NCBI GenBank assembly: GCA_977020255.1
Contig: CDROCS010001209.1
Coordinates: 186,001-250,000 of the forward strand
Length of the DNA stretch: 64,000 bases
DNA from: Obrimoposthia wandeli
Taxonomy: Eukaryota
Direction of reading: 5' to 3'
The notes below the pieces were generated by a model. That model ran no database searches, was not told where the DNA came from, and saw only the letters and a list, made by a program, of their open reading frames with translations. How positions within the stretch are numbered: the stretch's first letter is position 1; every line of letters begins with the position of its first letter. Shown here one piece after another: positions 1-10,196 of this stretch. The translations under genes and the position numbers were made by a program.

Positions 1-1
1 A

Positions 2-394
2 AGTTTCTTATTAATCCCCTCTTTAAATGCGGTTGAAAATGTCATGTTACCCGCCATTATTAAAGGCGATGTAGGTGATGAGGCTCGAGCATCAGACTTA
101 TTAAAATTGGTCGGTTTAGCGGGTAGAGAAACCCATTTACCTTCACAGTTATCGGGTGGTGAGCAACAACGCGTAGCCCTTGCGCGTGCATTCATGACAC
201 GCCCTCAGGTACTGTTTGCTGATGAACCAACCGGTAACCTTGATGAGCAGACAGCGGCGAATATCATTGATTTACTTTTTGCATTAAACCGAGATCACGG
301 CACAACCTTGGTGTTAGTGACCCACGATGCGGTACTTGCAGAGCGTTGCGATCGTACTTTACGAGTGCAAGGTGGAAAGGTGGAGGCGGCATGA
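2..394 (+). CDS. ybbA: ABC transporter ATP-binding protein (LolD/YbbA-like), 5'-truncated by the window edge
   Basis: LSGGEQQR signature, Walker [12 protein letters not shown] and H-loop VTHD; the frame is open back to base 2; ATGA overlap with the next gene. Confidence 0.85.
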   Translation, partial: SFLLIPSLNAVENVMLPAIIKGDVGDEARASDLLKLVGLAGRETHLPSQLSGGEQQRVALARAFMTRPQVLFADEPTGNLDEQTAANIIDLLFALNRDHGTTLVLVTHDAVLAERCDRTLRVQGGKVEAA

Positions 395-2856
395 CAGACA
401 TGACTGACTCACAAAAAGAACAAAAACGGCAGCAGCCCAAACTGTTGTTGAAATGGAGCTGGCGAGAATTGTGGCAAGGTCAGCTTTGGCCGGTGGCTGT
501 TGCACTCACTTTGATTATTGCTTGTGTGTTTGCATTGGCAGCATTAGTTAGTCGGGTTGAGAAGATCATGACAGATCAGGGGCGATCAGTGCTCGCCGCT
601 GATTTAGTGCTGGTTTCTAATAACCCGATAGAGCCGACATTGCTAAGCAAAGCCGAAGCGCTTGGTTTGACGTTTTCAGAGCAAACACGTTTTGGCACGA
701 TGGCATTTAGCGAACAACAAATGCAGCTGATCAGTGTTAAAGCAGTAGAAAGTGACTTCCCATTACGCGGGCAATTGGCGTTACAAAATCTGCAACGTTC
801 ACAAAGCAAAGTTAATCCGGGGGAGCTGTGGTTATCGGAACGTTTATTTTCACTTCTGGATGTTAAACAAGGGGATACTGTTGCGATTGGTGATGCTGAA
901 TTAAGGGTGTCAGGTAAAATAACACAAGAGCCTGAACTGTCGTTTAACCCTTTTAGTCAGATGCCCGCGGTGCTCATTCATGAAAATGATGTTACAGCGA
1001 CAGGGGCGGTCCAACCTGGTGGACGTGTACAGTATCGCCTGTACCTTATGGGCAGTGACGATAAGCTTGCTGCTATTCAAGATTTTGCACCGTTAGAACC
1101 TGGTCAGCGTTGGTTGAGTGAAACGTCACAAGGTCGTACCGGAGAATTTATTGATCGCGCTAGACAATATCTGTCTTTGACGTTAATTCTGGTCATTTTA
1201 ATGGCGACAGCGACTTTGGTACTGACGTGCCAGCATTACACCTCAACCCGCGTTGAAACCGTTGCCATGATGAAAAGCTTGGGGGCGAGTAAGCGATGGT
1301 TATGGCGTTGGTTATCTGGTCAGCTTGCGATGTTATTTGGGCTTTCAGCCATTGCTGGGCTATCGATTGGCTGGGGGCTTGAAGTCTTACTGCGTTTACC
1401 CTTGGCAGATATTTTACCAGATCCATTACCTGAGATGGGAATGTCTCCATTATTAATCAGTATGTTTGTTGCCTTGCTGGTGGCGATCCCTGGGATTGGT
1501 ATTCCTTTAATTCGCTTGCTTGATGCGCCAGCTATTTCAGTGATTCAGCAACAAGCTGATAGGCCGAAAAATAATAAAGCCTACGCCTTATTGTTATTAC
1601 CTGTTGCCGCTGCATTAATTTGGTTTGGCGATAATAAATTAATGTGGATGACCTTAGCGGGTATCGTGGTCGTATTGGTGCTACTCGCCTTCTTTGGCTT
1701 AGTGATTTTATCATTATTACGCAAAAGAACGTGGGGACCAGCCATAACGTTAGCGTTGAGCCGCATAAGTCGCAGCCCATTAACAACAGGGGCTCAATTA
1801 GCGGCACTCACGAGCTCATTAATGCTATTGGCCGTTATTTGGTTATTACGATCCGATTTATTAGCCGATTGGCAGCAAACATTGCCCATTGATGCACCTA
1901 ACGTATTTGCGATTAATATCAGTGCCGAACAGCAGCAAGACTATTTAGCGAAACTCGATCAAGAAAATATTCCTCATTCTGAAGCTTATCCGGTTATTCG
2001 TGGCCGAATAGTCGCAGTGAATGGGGTTGATCTATTGACGCAGGCTGATGATCCCGAGCAGCGTGATGAAGCACTACGTCGTGAGCTAAATTTCACATGG
2101 CGTGAAACCTTGCCTATTCATAATGATGTGCTAGACGGTAATTGGCCAGAACCTGGATTAGCAATAAAAGGGGTGTCAGTTGAATCTGGCATTGCTGAGC
2201 GGTTAGGATTATCGGTAGGTGATGAGCTGGGTTTTAATGTGAATAGTCAGCCATTTTCAGCCACGGTGAATAGTATTCGCCATGTTGAATGGCGAAATAT
2301 GCGACCTAATTTTTATTTTATTTTCACCCCTGATGTCATGACGGATTTACCCGCTACATGGCTTGTCAGTTTTAGAATCGAGTCAAACCAAAATGATGTG
2401 GTAAACCAGCTAGGGCGGGACTACCCAACTGTAAGTTTGATGGATTTACGCACCATGGCATCGCGTATTCAACTGATGCTCCAACAAGTATCTTTATCTT
2501 TATCAGTTTTAGCCGCGCTAGGAGTGATTAGTGGACTATTACTGGTGATGACGCTACTACGCCTGAGTATGGCTCAGCGCCAACAAGAAATTAAATTGTA
2601 TAGAACATTAGGCGCGAGTCGAAAACGTATCTCAGCGACTGTATGGGGCGAATATGGTTTGATGGCATTGATTGCAGGCTTGATGGCTGTTGTCGGTGCT
2701 GAAGCTATTGTTGCTGCGCTGGTAAAGTGGGGATTTGAAATGCCACCACAATGGCACCCAATGTTATGGATAATACTGCCTACCGCTGCGATTGGTTTGG
2801 TTCTATTTATTATTAGCACCATGCTGAAGCAGTTATTACAGCCACTGAAGTCTTAA
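391..2856 (+). CDS. ybbP: ABC transporter permease, duplicated FtsX-type (YbbP)
   Basis: ~820-aa multi-TM protein with two 'K/RxLGAS' FtsX-type motifs; likely ATG at 391 after GGAGG, overlapping the upstream stop. Confidence 0.85.
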   Translation: MTDMTDSQKEQKRQQPKLLLKWSWRELWQGQLWPVAVALTLIIACVFALAALVSRVEKIMTDQGRSVLAADLVLVSNNPIEPTLLSKAEALGLTFSEQTRFGTMAFSEQQMQLISVKAVESDFPLRGQLALQNLQRSQSKVNPGELWLSERLFSLLDVKQGDTVAIGDAELRVSGKITQEPELSFNPFSQMPAVLIHENDVTATGAVQPGGRVQYRLYLMGSDDKLAAIQDFAPLEPGQRWLSETSQGRTGEFIDRARQYLSLTLILVILMATATLVLTCQHYTSTRVETVAMMKSLGASKRWLWRWLSGQLAMLFGLSAIAGLSIGWGLEVLLRLPLADILPDPLPEMGMSPLLISMFVALLVAIPGIGIPLIRLLDAPAISVIQQQADRPKNNKAYALLLLPVAAALIWFGDNKLMWMTLAGIVVVLVLLAFFGLVILSLLRKRTWGPAITLALSRISRSPLTTGAQLAALTSSLMLLAVIWLLRSDLLADWQQTLPIDAPNVFAINISAEQQQDYLAKLDQENIPHSEAYPVIRGRIVAVNGVDLLTQADDPEQRDEALRRELNFTWRETLPIHNDVLDGNWPEPGLAIKGVSVESGIAERLGLSVGDELGFNVNSQPFSATVNSIRHVEWRNMRPNFYFIFTPDVMTDLPATWLVSFRIESNQNDVVNQLGRDYPTVSLMDLRTMASRIQLMLQQVSLSLSVLAALGVISGLLLVMTLLRLSMAQRQQEIKLYRTLGASRKRISATVWGEYGLMALIAGLMAVVGAEAIVAALVKWGFEMPPQWHPMLWIILPTAAIGLVLFIISTMLKQLLQPLKS

Positions 2857-2865
2857 TGAATCGCA

Positions 2866-2895
2866 ATAAACATCCGTGTATCCGCGGATGTTTAT
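2866..2895. terminator. Hairpin between convergent ybbP and yfcH
   Basis: ATAAACATCCG...CGGATGTTTAT inverted repeat. Confidence 0.6.
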
Positions 2896-2916
2896 ACCCA
2901 AGTTAGTTTGGGTATA
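2893..2916. repeat. Collapsed footprint of the ERIC-like miniature inverted-repeat element (two fused ends)
   Basis: TATACCCAAGTTAGTTTGGGTATA equals the outer parts of both TIRs seen at 60075-60247. Confidence 0.65.
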
Positions 2917-2924
2917 TTTCATTA

Positions 2925-3842
2925 TTAGGTCAGCGTGTTTTTCAGGGCATGCTCTAGTTCGGGGTAACAAAAATGAAAGCCTTGTGATTCCAATTTAGCG
3001 GGTAAAGCACGTTGACCATCGAGCAATAATGAGGCTGATTCCCCTAATCCGATTTTAAGTAACCAAGCTGGTGTGCTTAAAATATGCGGGCGATGTAAAA
3101 CCTTCGCTAAGGTTGTACTGAATTCTTTATTGGTAACGGGGTTTGGAGCGGTGAAGTTAAATGCACCGTGTGCTTGTGGAGTTTTAAGTAAAAATAAAAT
3201 TCCTTTCACCATGTCCTGCAAATGAATCCAAGGGAAATATTGTTGCCCGTCTCCGAGTGGCCCACCAAGCCCTAATTGATAAGCGGGCAGCATTTTTGCT
3301 AATGCACCACCATGTTTAGCGAGCACGATACCGGTGCGTAATAAGCATACCCGCGTTTTATCTGATTGCGCCAGTAAGGCTGTATCTTCCCATTTTGTAC
3401 AGACGGTTTGAGCGAAATCAAGAGGGGAGGAGCTTGCGTCATCCTCGTTTTTTATTTGTAGGCTTTCATCAAATTGATTAGATTTTTGATCACCATAGAT
3501 CCCCACCGCTGAACCACTGATAAATGTATGGGGAGGGTTACTGCTCGCATTTATTTTATCTACGATTGCATCAGTAATTGCCCAGCGGCTTTCACAAATA
3601 ATCTGTTTTTGTTTGTCGCTCCAACGTTTATTAACAATGGGCTCACCCGCAAGATTAATGACCACATCAATATCATTGAAGTCACTGAGTTCTTCGATAG
3701 ATGAGATGGCTTTGATGTGATGCCCTAATCGTTGATAGGCCACTGTTGGGTTACGACTGAGTACGGTTATATGATCATGATTGAAATGCGGCAGCAGTGC
3801 TTTACCTATAAATCCAGTTCCACCTGTTATTAAAATATTCAT
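2925..3842 (-). CDS. yfcH: TIGR01777-family NAD-dependent epimerase/oxidoreductase (YfcH-like)
   Basis: N-terminal GGTGFIG Rossmann motif, NLAGEPI, RTGIVL and WIH motifs. Confidence 0.85.
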   Translation of the reverse strand: MNILITGGTGFIGKALLPHFNHDHITVLSRNPTVAYQRLGHHIKAISSIEELSDFNDIDVVINLAGEPIVNKRWSDKQKQIICESRWAITDAIVDKINASSNPPHTFISGSAVGIYGDQKSNQFDESLQIKNEDDASSSPLDFAQTVCTKWEDTALLAQSDKTRVCLLRTGIVLAKHGGALAKMLPAYQLGLGGPLGDGQQYFPWIHLQDMVKGILFLLKTPQAHGAFNFTAPNPVTNKEFSTTLAKVLHRPHILSTPAWLLKIGLGESASLLLDGQRALPAKLESQGFHFCYPELEHALKNTLT

Positions 3843-3992
3843 GTCAGTGCTTCTCCTTCTGCTACCTGTTCAGATAATACGTCTCTTTTGAGCTATTCGA
3901 TCAAGAAATTATTGCTGAACATAGTGTATAGACACAAGTATTTAGGTGTCAGTCGGTATAAGTATAACCAAGTGTGTTTGCTCAGGAATAAA

Positions 3993-4063
3993 TATCCTTA
4001 AATTCCCTCAAGATGCTCGCTGAAATCGGTCTGAATTCTGCACCATGAAGTGGTTTAGTTATA
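3993..4063. repeat. Degenerate short (71-bp) copy of the ERIC-like miniature inverted-repeat element
   Basis: CCTCAAGATGCTCGCTGA...CTGAAT core shared with the copies at 31263, 51343 and 60075. Confidence 0.65.
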
Positions 4064-4232
4064 CAGGCCTTAGAAATAGCAGAATGAGAAAAAACACTAC
4101 TTTTACAAGGTCTTTTTATTATGAATATTTAATAGTGTGGTGGGCTTCTCGCCTCGAGTAATAAAAGTTGTGTCTAAATATTAATGAGCCATAAATATAG
4201 TAGGTCGAGTTAATATCACAATAAGGAGATGC

Positions 4233-4967
4233 ATGAAATCTATCATGGCATTATTGAAAGCAATGCTCTCTAGTTTTCGTGATTTATTACCGATTATTTT
4301 TGTGATTAGTTTTTTTCAACTGGTGGTATTACAACAGCCGTTACCGCAATGGGGGCCGATATTACTTGGTCTCATTTTTGTTGTAATGGGGCTCACCTTT
4401 TTTATTTTTGGTTTAGAGATGGGATTGTTTCCCATTGGTGAATCAATGGCGAACGCTTTTGCTAAAAAAGGCAGCTTAGCTTGGTTATTAGTCTTCGCTT
4501 TTTGTTTAGGCTTTGGTACCACCATTGCTGAACCCGCATTAACCGCCGTCGCCACAGAGGCCGCAGAAGTCGCAGCAGAAGGAGGCATGATAGATAACAA
4601 TCAAGAAGCGCAATTAGAGTATGCATCTGGCTTACGATTGACCGTCGCCTTTTCTGTCGGGCTAGCCATTATGTTAGGGGTTATTCGTATTCTAAAAGGC
4701 TGGCCAATTCAATGGATGATCGTCGGGGGTTATATACTGGTAATGATCATGACATGGTTTGCTCCACCTAGCATTATCGGTATTGCTTATGATTCTGGGG
4801 GGGTAACGACATCGACCATTACTGTGCCTTTGGTAACCGCTTTAGGCGTGGGCTTAGCCTCGTCAATTAAGGGGCGAAATCCGATGATTGACGGCTTTGG
4901 TTTAATTGCGTTTGCCTCATTAACGCCGATGATTTTTGTCATGGGGTACGGCATGGTGTTGAGCTAA
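4233..4967 (+). CDS. DUF1538 family membrane protein
   Basis: Hydrophobic; [24 protein letters not shown] and [11 protein letters not shown] motifs. Confidence 0.8.
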   Translation: MKSIMALLKAMLSSFRDLLPIIFVISFFQLVVLQQPLPQWGPILLGLIFVVMGLTFFIFGLEMGLFPIGESMANAFAKKGSLAWLLVFAFCLGFGTTIAEPALTAVATEAAEVAAEGGMIDNNQEAQLEYASGLRLTVAFSVGLAIMLGVIRILKGWPIQWMIVGGYILVMIMTWFAPPSIIGIAYDSGGVTTSTITVPLVTALGVGLASSIKGRNPMIDGFGLIAFASLTPMIFVMGYGMVLS

Positions 4968-4985
4968 TGAGGATGACCTAAAGAA

Positions 4986-5768
4986 ATGAGTCAATTTGCT
5001 TCAACACTTGTACAATTTTCTGACACCTTAATGATGACGGTGCGCGATGTTGCACCCATAGTAGTGATTATCTTTGGGTTTCAGTTAGCTGTTTTACGCC
5101 GTCCCGTTGCAAATTGGCGCCGTGTTGTCTTGGGGTTTGTTTACGTTATTGTTGGTTTATCGTTGTTTTTAATGGGGTTAGAGCTGGCGTTATTTCCGCT
5201 GGGTGAATCGATGGCCGAGCAACTGACGGCTCCTGAGTTTTTGTATGGTGAAGGCGCAGTCATTCCTTTGGTTATTGACTGGGTAGATTACTATTGGGTG
5301 TATATTTTTGCCGCCGCAATAGGGTTTAGTACCACAGTGGCAGAGCCATCGTTGATTGCGGTTGCGATTAAAGCGAGTCAGGTATCGGGCGGTACAATTA
5401 AAGTAAATGGATTACGTATTGCCGTTGCATTAGGCGTTGCCATGGGTATTTCTTTAGGGAGTTATCGTATTGTGGTGGGTGACCCTTTGCATTATTACAT
5501 TATGGCGGGGTATATCATTGTGGTGATACAGACTTACTTTGCACCTAAATCAATTGTGCCGTTAGCGTATGACTCTGGTGGCGTGACAACATCGACGGTG
5601 ACCGTTCCGATAGTAACTGCATTAGGATTAGGGTTAGCCTCTACGGTTCCGGGGCGTAACCCGATGTTAGATGGTTTTGGTTTGATCGCGTTTGCCAGTT
5701 TATTTCCGATGATCACAGTGATGGGGTATGCCCAATTGTCGGTTTGGCTGGAAAGGAGAGCTGAATAA
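4986..5768 (+). CDS. DUF1538 family membrane protein (paralog of the upstream gene)
   Basis: Same motifs: [35 protein letters not shown]. Confidence 0.8.
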   Translation: MSQFASTLVQFSDTLMMTVRDVAPIVVIIFGFQLAVLRRPVANWRRVVLGFVYVIVGLSLFLMGLELALFPLGESMAEQLTAPEFLYGEGAVIPLVIDWVDYYWVYIFAAAIGFSTTVAEPSLIAVAIKASQVSGGTIKVNGLRIAVALGVAMGISLGSYRIVVGDPLHYYIMAGYIIVVIQTYFAPKSIVPLAYDSGGVTTSTVTVPIVTALGLGLASTVPGRNPMLDGFGLIAFASLFPMITVMGYAQLSVWLERRAE

Positions 5769-6118
5769 TGCGTTTTAAATTGTTAATTGCTTTTGTTGAA
5801 GATTCAAAAACAGATTCTGTACTCGATGCAGCGCGTGATGCTGGGGCGACTGGCGCCACTGTTATTAATAATGCACGTGGAGAAGGGCTGAATAAAAAGA
5901 AAACGTTTTTCGGTCTTACTTTAGAGGTACAGCGTGATGTTATCTTATTTGTGGTTGAAGAGCATTTGGCACGCTCGATTTTAGAGACGATTGAAAAAGT
6001 CGGCGAATTTGATAGTGAGAAAGGGCAAGGTATTGCACTTCAGCTAAATATTGAAGATGTCGTCGGTGTTGCTCACCAAATTGAAGAGTTAACCAAGGTG
6101 GTTGGAGATAAGCTATGA
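5768..6118 (+). CDS. P-II-like small regulatory protein
   Basis: 116 aa; AGATGATVINNARGEG N-terminal pattern and a C-terminal GQGIA resembling the PII B-loop; TAATG coupling to the upstream gene. Confidence 0.7.
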   Translation: MRFKLLIAFVEDSKTDSVLDAARDAGATGATVINNARGEGLNKKKTFFGLTLEVQRDVILFVVEEHLARSILETIEKVGEFDSEKGQGIALQLNIEDVVGVAHQIEELTKVVGDKL

Positions 6119-6546
6119 ATGAATATAATTTGAGTCATCGTGAGTTTGGCGATCAGCGTATTATTCGGGTACGCGATGTAATGATGGATGCTTACGTGAT
6201 GGTTGAAGGCGTCATGACGGTTGCTGATGCTATTGTTATTGCCAAGCAGCGTCAGGTAAAAGCGTTAATTGTTAATAAGCGCAATGCAGACGATGAATAC
6301 GGTATTGTGTTGATGAATGATATTGCCAAGCAAGTTTTAGCTCAAGATCGCTCGCCGAAGCGCACCAATATTTATGAGATCATGACCAAGCCTGCATTAT
6401 CAGTCAATGCTTCGATGGATGTTCGCTATTGTGCTCGATTATTTGAACGCTTTGGGATCAGTCGTGCCCCCGTTATTGAAGATGGCAAGGTATTGGGCAT
6501 GGTGAGTTATAACAATATTGTATTAAATGGCATGTTGCATGATTGA
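6115..6546 (+). CDS. CBS-domain pair protein
   Basis: VRDVM...YGIV and IYEIMTKP...PVIEDGKVLGMVS tandem CBS repeats. Confidence 0.8.
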   Translation: MNEYNLSHREFGDQRIIRVRDVMMDAYVMVEGVMTVADAIVIAKQRQVKALIVNKRNADDEYGIVLMNDIAKQVLAQDRSPKRTNIYEIMTKPALSVNASMDVRYCARLFERFGISRAPVIEDGKVLGMVSYNNIVLNGMLHD

Positions 6547-6664
6547 GCGTATTTAACGGCGTTTCAATCTTAGATTGAGTGTGTTTTGAAACGATGTTGA
6601 ATAGATAAAAAACTTGGATAAGCGTAATATGCTGTTCTTGTTTTACAACGTGTGACTTTGCTTT

Positions 6665-7213
6665 ATGAAATTATTTTTTGCCTCCGATATACATGGTTGC
6701 TACGACAGCGCGAAAAAAGCGATTGCTGCATTTGAGCAAAGCGGAGCTCAGCATTTAATCTTATTAGGCGATGTCTTGAATCCTGGTCCAAGAAATACCG
6801 TTCCTGTAGGTTATGCGCCGACTAAAGTCGCTGATTTATTGAACCAGTTTGGTGACTGTATTACTGCCGTGCGTGGCAACTGCGACAGTGACGTTGATCA
6901 GATGCTACTTGATTTCCCGATGTTAGCTGACTATAACTTAGTGCTATTGCCAAATGGTCGACGTTTATTTTTGACCCATGGCCACTTATATAATGCCGAT
7001 AAACACCCACGCTTAAAAGCGGGTGATGTGATTGTATCGGGTCATACACATATCCCTGTTGCTGAACAAAAAGGGGACCTTGTATTGTTTAACCCTGGCT
7101 CAGTCACCATGCCTCGTGGTGATCATCAAGCAAGCTTCGGTCTGCTGGAAGACAATATCCTTAAGGTGGTTACCTTTGATGGTGATGTGCTTTGTTCTGT
7201 AACACTGAACTAA
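6665..7213 (+). CDS. yfcE: Metallophosphoesterase / phosphodiesterase YfcE
   Basis: SDIHG, LGD, VRGNCD, THGH and GHTH calcineurin-like motifs. Confidence 0.9.
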   Translation: MKLFFASDIHGCYDSAKKAIAAFEQSGAQHLILLGDVLNPGPRNTVPVGYAPTKVADLLNQFGDCITAVRGNCDSDVDQMLLDFPMLADYNLVLLPNGRRLFLTHGHLYNADKHPRLKAGDVIVSGHTHIPVAEQKGDLVLFNPGSVTMPRGDHQASFGLLEDNILKVVTFDGDVLCSVTLN

Positions 7214-7383
7214 TTGCTTGAATCCAGAGTTACTCACTAAAAACGCCAAGATAATTAAGTAACACTAATAAAGTGCCAGAGAGCCCTGAAAGCATGAGTA
7301 ACCAGTAAAATACAAAACCTAATACTTGATCAAACTTAGTTGTATTTTCGAATAAAACCGTTGCATTAGCCTCCATAAATGAA

Positions 7384-8400
7384 CCTGATTACCACTTAAA
7401 TTCCGCCAATTGACTACACTTAAAATGAAATAAAAAGTGAGGCGATCGGCTATTTCAAAAATAAAATTCAAAAAAGTATTTTTAATACATGCTTTTTTAT
7501 TTTCACAACTAGGTACTGAAGAGCAATATCGAAAACGACTGTTTGATATGCGATGGCCTACTGAACCTATGTGAACATTGGGGCTGTGATAAGTATTGTG
7601 GTGGAAATCAAGAAAACTTTATCAATGTAACCAGTGCCATCATCAAGGATCAGTTACGTCTGGCACCTTATTTTCCGCTTCAAAATTGCCATTAAACATA
7701 TGGTTTTAGCTATTTACCTCATAACTCAAGAGAAAAATGGTATTTCTGCATTAGAGCTGTCTCGCCAGCTTGGCATTTCCTATAACGCGGCATGGCGTAT
7801 GAAGCATAAATTGATCAAAACAATGAAAAGAGCGAGATGATAGAAAAACACCATTGAATGGTTACACATTCAACTGGACGATGTTTATTGGGGAGGAGTC
7901 CACCGTGGCACCCGAGGGCGTGGAGCCAAAGGAAAACGTCCTTTCGTTGCCGCAGTATCAATGAACGAAGATGGTCACCCAATTAACATGCGATTTAGTG
8001 TTGTAACAGGTTTTAAAACCAAAGAATTAACGCGTTGGGCGAAAGCGAATCTTGTACCTAAATCTCTCGTTATTTCTGATGGTTTGGCTTGCTTTAAGGG
8101 GGTTAAAAAAGCGGATGTTTTTCACCTAGCTATCGTCACTGGCGGCGGTGCTGATTGGCATTGCGCCTTGTACTTTTCAATGAGTCAACACAATGATTAG
8201 TAATGTGAAAAATTCAATGCCCAGTACTTACCATGCAATAAACAAAAACATTTACCTCGTTATCTCGGAGAATTCTGTTTTAAGTTCAATAGGCGCTTCA
8301 ATCTTGAATAAATGCTCGAACAGCTCATTTACTCAAGTATCCAGACAGCACCGATGCCTGAGCGGTTACTTAAACTGGCTGAGGCTCGGTGGTAATCAGG
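7384..8400 (+). mobile_element. IS1595-family insertion sequence, degenerate (1017 bp)
   Basis: Terminal inverted repeats starting CCTGATTACCAC; 8-bp target duplication TAAATGAA at 7376-7383 and 8401-8408; transposase remnants inside. Confidence 0.9.
7425..8395 (+). pseudogene. IS1595-family DDE transposase with multiple frameshifts and stops
   Basis: Fragments ...KNGISALELSRQLGISYNAAWRMKHKL, DDVYWGG...RGRGAKGKRPFVAAV, SDGLACF and YLGEFCFKFNRRF lie in different frames. Confidence 0.85.
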
Positions 8401-8628
8401 TAAATGAAAGAGGGCTCTTTTCTAATACACGGCTCCATGAACTGGGCAACGCTAATGCTTGTGCAACGTTAATAATATCCCAGCCACTCGCAAATTCTAC
8501 ACCAAGCGCATCTTTTGTTTTTGGGTTCTGTCTTAATTTTCGAACAGTGATTTGCCCAAAAGCAACATATAAGATACATGCAAAAAACATAAAAAGAGCG
8601 ACGATACCTAATAGTTGAGAAAAAACAC

Positions 8629-8943
8629 TTACAGGTCACCTATTGATTTCATTACAGAATCATACCAACTACCACTATTGTTTTTTACAGCATTATTCAT
8701 TCCTATTGAGGCAGCCGCCGCCGTCCCTGCAACAGCAACCCCTCCCACAATTAAACCCACCCAACCAATGGGTGTTGCCACCATTAAAAACATTAGAGCG
8801 GATCCTCCAGCATTAACAACTGCTGTTCCAGTCGCTGCACTTAAAGCAAAACTACTCGATTCAATAAATATCTCTCGCTCCCAGTTACCACCGGCTTTAT
8901 AGCTATTATGAATATTGCCCACACGGCTACCAAAGTCGATAAC
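8629..8943 (-). pseudogene. Orphan C-terminal cassette (tip 4) of the 10571-11548 toxin-like gene
   Basis: VIDFGSRVGNIHNSYKAGGNWERE is identical to the full gene, followed by a variant hydrophobic hairpin; no N-terminal region. Confidence 0.85.
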
Positions 8944-8976
8944 TAGGGTGTATTGATGTTTTAAGGCTTGTAATCG

Positions 8977-9354
8977 CTATTTAGCAAATACACTTAAAGC
9001 ATTTAAAATAACTAATACAAAACCAAAAAAACCAGTTGAAAGCCAACACCAAAAAAAGATGCAACCTAAAATCCGATCAAATTTAGTTGTATGTTTGAAT
9101 ATTAAATTCGAATTGGCATATAAAAAAGAAAGAGGGCTACTTTCAAGTTTTTCACTCCAGCCTTTAGGGAGAGATAATGCTTTGGCCACATTTAAAATAT
9201 CCCAACCACTTACAAATTCATTTCCAAGTGCATTTTTTGTTTTTGGATTTTTTCGTAATTTTCGAACAGTGACTTGCCCAAAAGCAACATATAATATTCC
9301 AGTCACCATTGAGGCAGCGATCATTATTCCAACTAATATTGTTATAATATCCAT
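8977..9354 (-). CDS. Putative immunity protein copy 3 (2-TM membrane protein, intact)
   Basis: 125 aa; shares GQxTVRKLRxNPKTKxxLGxE..SGWDI.NVA with the other copies; TAATG overlap with tip 3. Confidence 0.75.
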   Translation of the reverse strand: MDIITILVGIMIAASMVTGILYVAFGQVTVRKLRKNPKTKNALGNEFVSGWDILNVAKALSLPKGWSEKLESSPLSFLYANSNLIFKHTTKFDRILGCIFFWCWLSTGFFGFVLVILNALSVFAK

Positions 9355-9620
9355 TAATTATATACACTTTTAATTAATGAATCATATGTGTTGCCAGCAT
9401 TACCTTTAATTAGGTTATTCATTCCCAGTGATGCTGATGCTGCAACTCCTGCAATAGCTAAACCACCGACAACAAGTCCCATCCAACCTGCTGGCGTTGC
9501 AAAAACAAGAAGAGCTAAGCCAGCATCAACAACTAAAGTACCAGTAATTGCACTATCAGCAAAACTACTCGATTCAATAAACATCTCTTGCTCCCAGTTT
9601 CCATCGGCTTTATAGCTATT
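9354..9620 (-). pseudogene. Orphan C-terminal cassette (tip 3)
   Basis: NSYKADGNWEQEMFIESSSF...ATPAGWMGLVVGG homologous to the full gene; begins abruptly after copy 2. Confidence 0.85.
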
Positions 9621-9650
9621 TGTTTGCCTTAACAGATTGATAATAAATAT

Positions 9651-10025
9651 CTAATTAGTAAATATTCCTAGCAAATCTAGCAGCATCAAACTAAAAAACA
9701 TTAGACCTGAAACCATCCAACATAAAAAAAACACACCACCTAAAAAGCGATCTAACTTATTTGTATGCTTTAATATGAGGGTTGAATTAGCATACATAAA
9801 AGATAAAGGGCTGTTTTCAAACCTTTTACTCCATGCTCGCGGGAGGGCTATCGCATTAGCTACATTTAATATATCCCAACTACTAACTAACTAACTCACT
9901 ACCCAAAGCCTCTTTTGTTTTAGGATTTTTCCTAAGTTTCCGCACAGTGATTTGCCCAAAAAGTACAAATAGGATGATTGCAAAAAAACCAATAATAGCA
10001 GCTATAGCTAAGAGTAATGAAACAT
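9651..10025 (-). pseudogene. Putative immunity gene copy 2, frameshifted
   Basis: Reconstructs as ...LFVLFGQITVRKLRKNPKTKEALGSELVSSWDILNVA...GIFTN*; one T is missing after the ATG and there is an extra TTAG unit at ~9883-9897. Confidence 0.8.
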
Positions 10026-10027
10026 GA

Positions 10028-10196
10028 TTACTTCAACCAATTCATGATATCGTCATACCACTCACCACTATTGCTCTTAAGCTTATTATTCGTCCAGATA
10101 GATGTACCTGCTGCCGTCCCTGCAACAGCAACCCCTCCCACAATTAAACCCATCCAGCCAAAAGGTGTCGCCACGATTAGAAAGCTTAAAGCAGTT
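10028..10196 (-). pseudogene. Orphan C-terminal cassette (tip 2), shortest
   Basis: RTALSFLIVATPFGWMGLIVGGVAVAGTAAGTSIW...WYDDIMNWLK abuts the stop codon of copy 1. Confidence 0.8.

Larger units (their letters stand above)
7230..8628 (-). pseudogene. Putative immunity gene copy 4, split by the IS (5' part 8409-8628, 3' part 7230-7383) and frameshifted near its GTG start
   Basis: 7230-7383 is nearly identical to 10197-10348; removing the IS and one TSD copy rejoins ...PLSF/MEANATVLFENTTKFDQ...FSE; one T is missing in the run after GTG at 8628. Confidence 0.85.

Noticed and set aside
346-390. Longer N-terminus of ybbP in the ORF track; similar extensions for yfbV, chaN, rlmA, porin, DUF2057, yhfW, yhfZ2, php2, tctA, tctB and focA
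   Set aside because: Downstream ATGs match family N-termini and/or have better RBS and coupling; some extensions run through terminators or neighbouring genes
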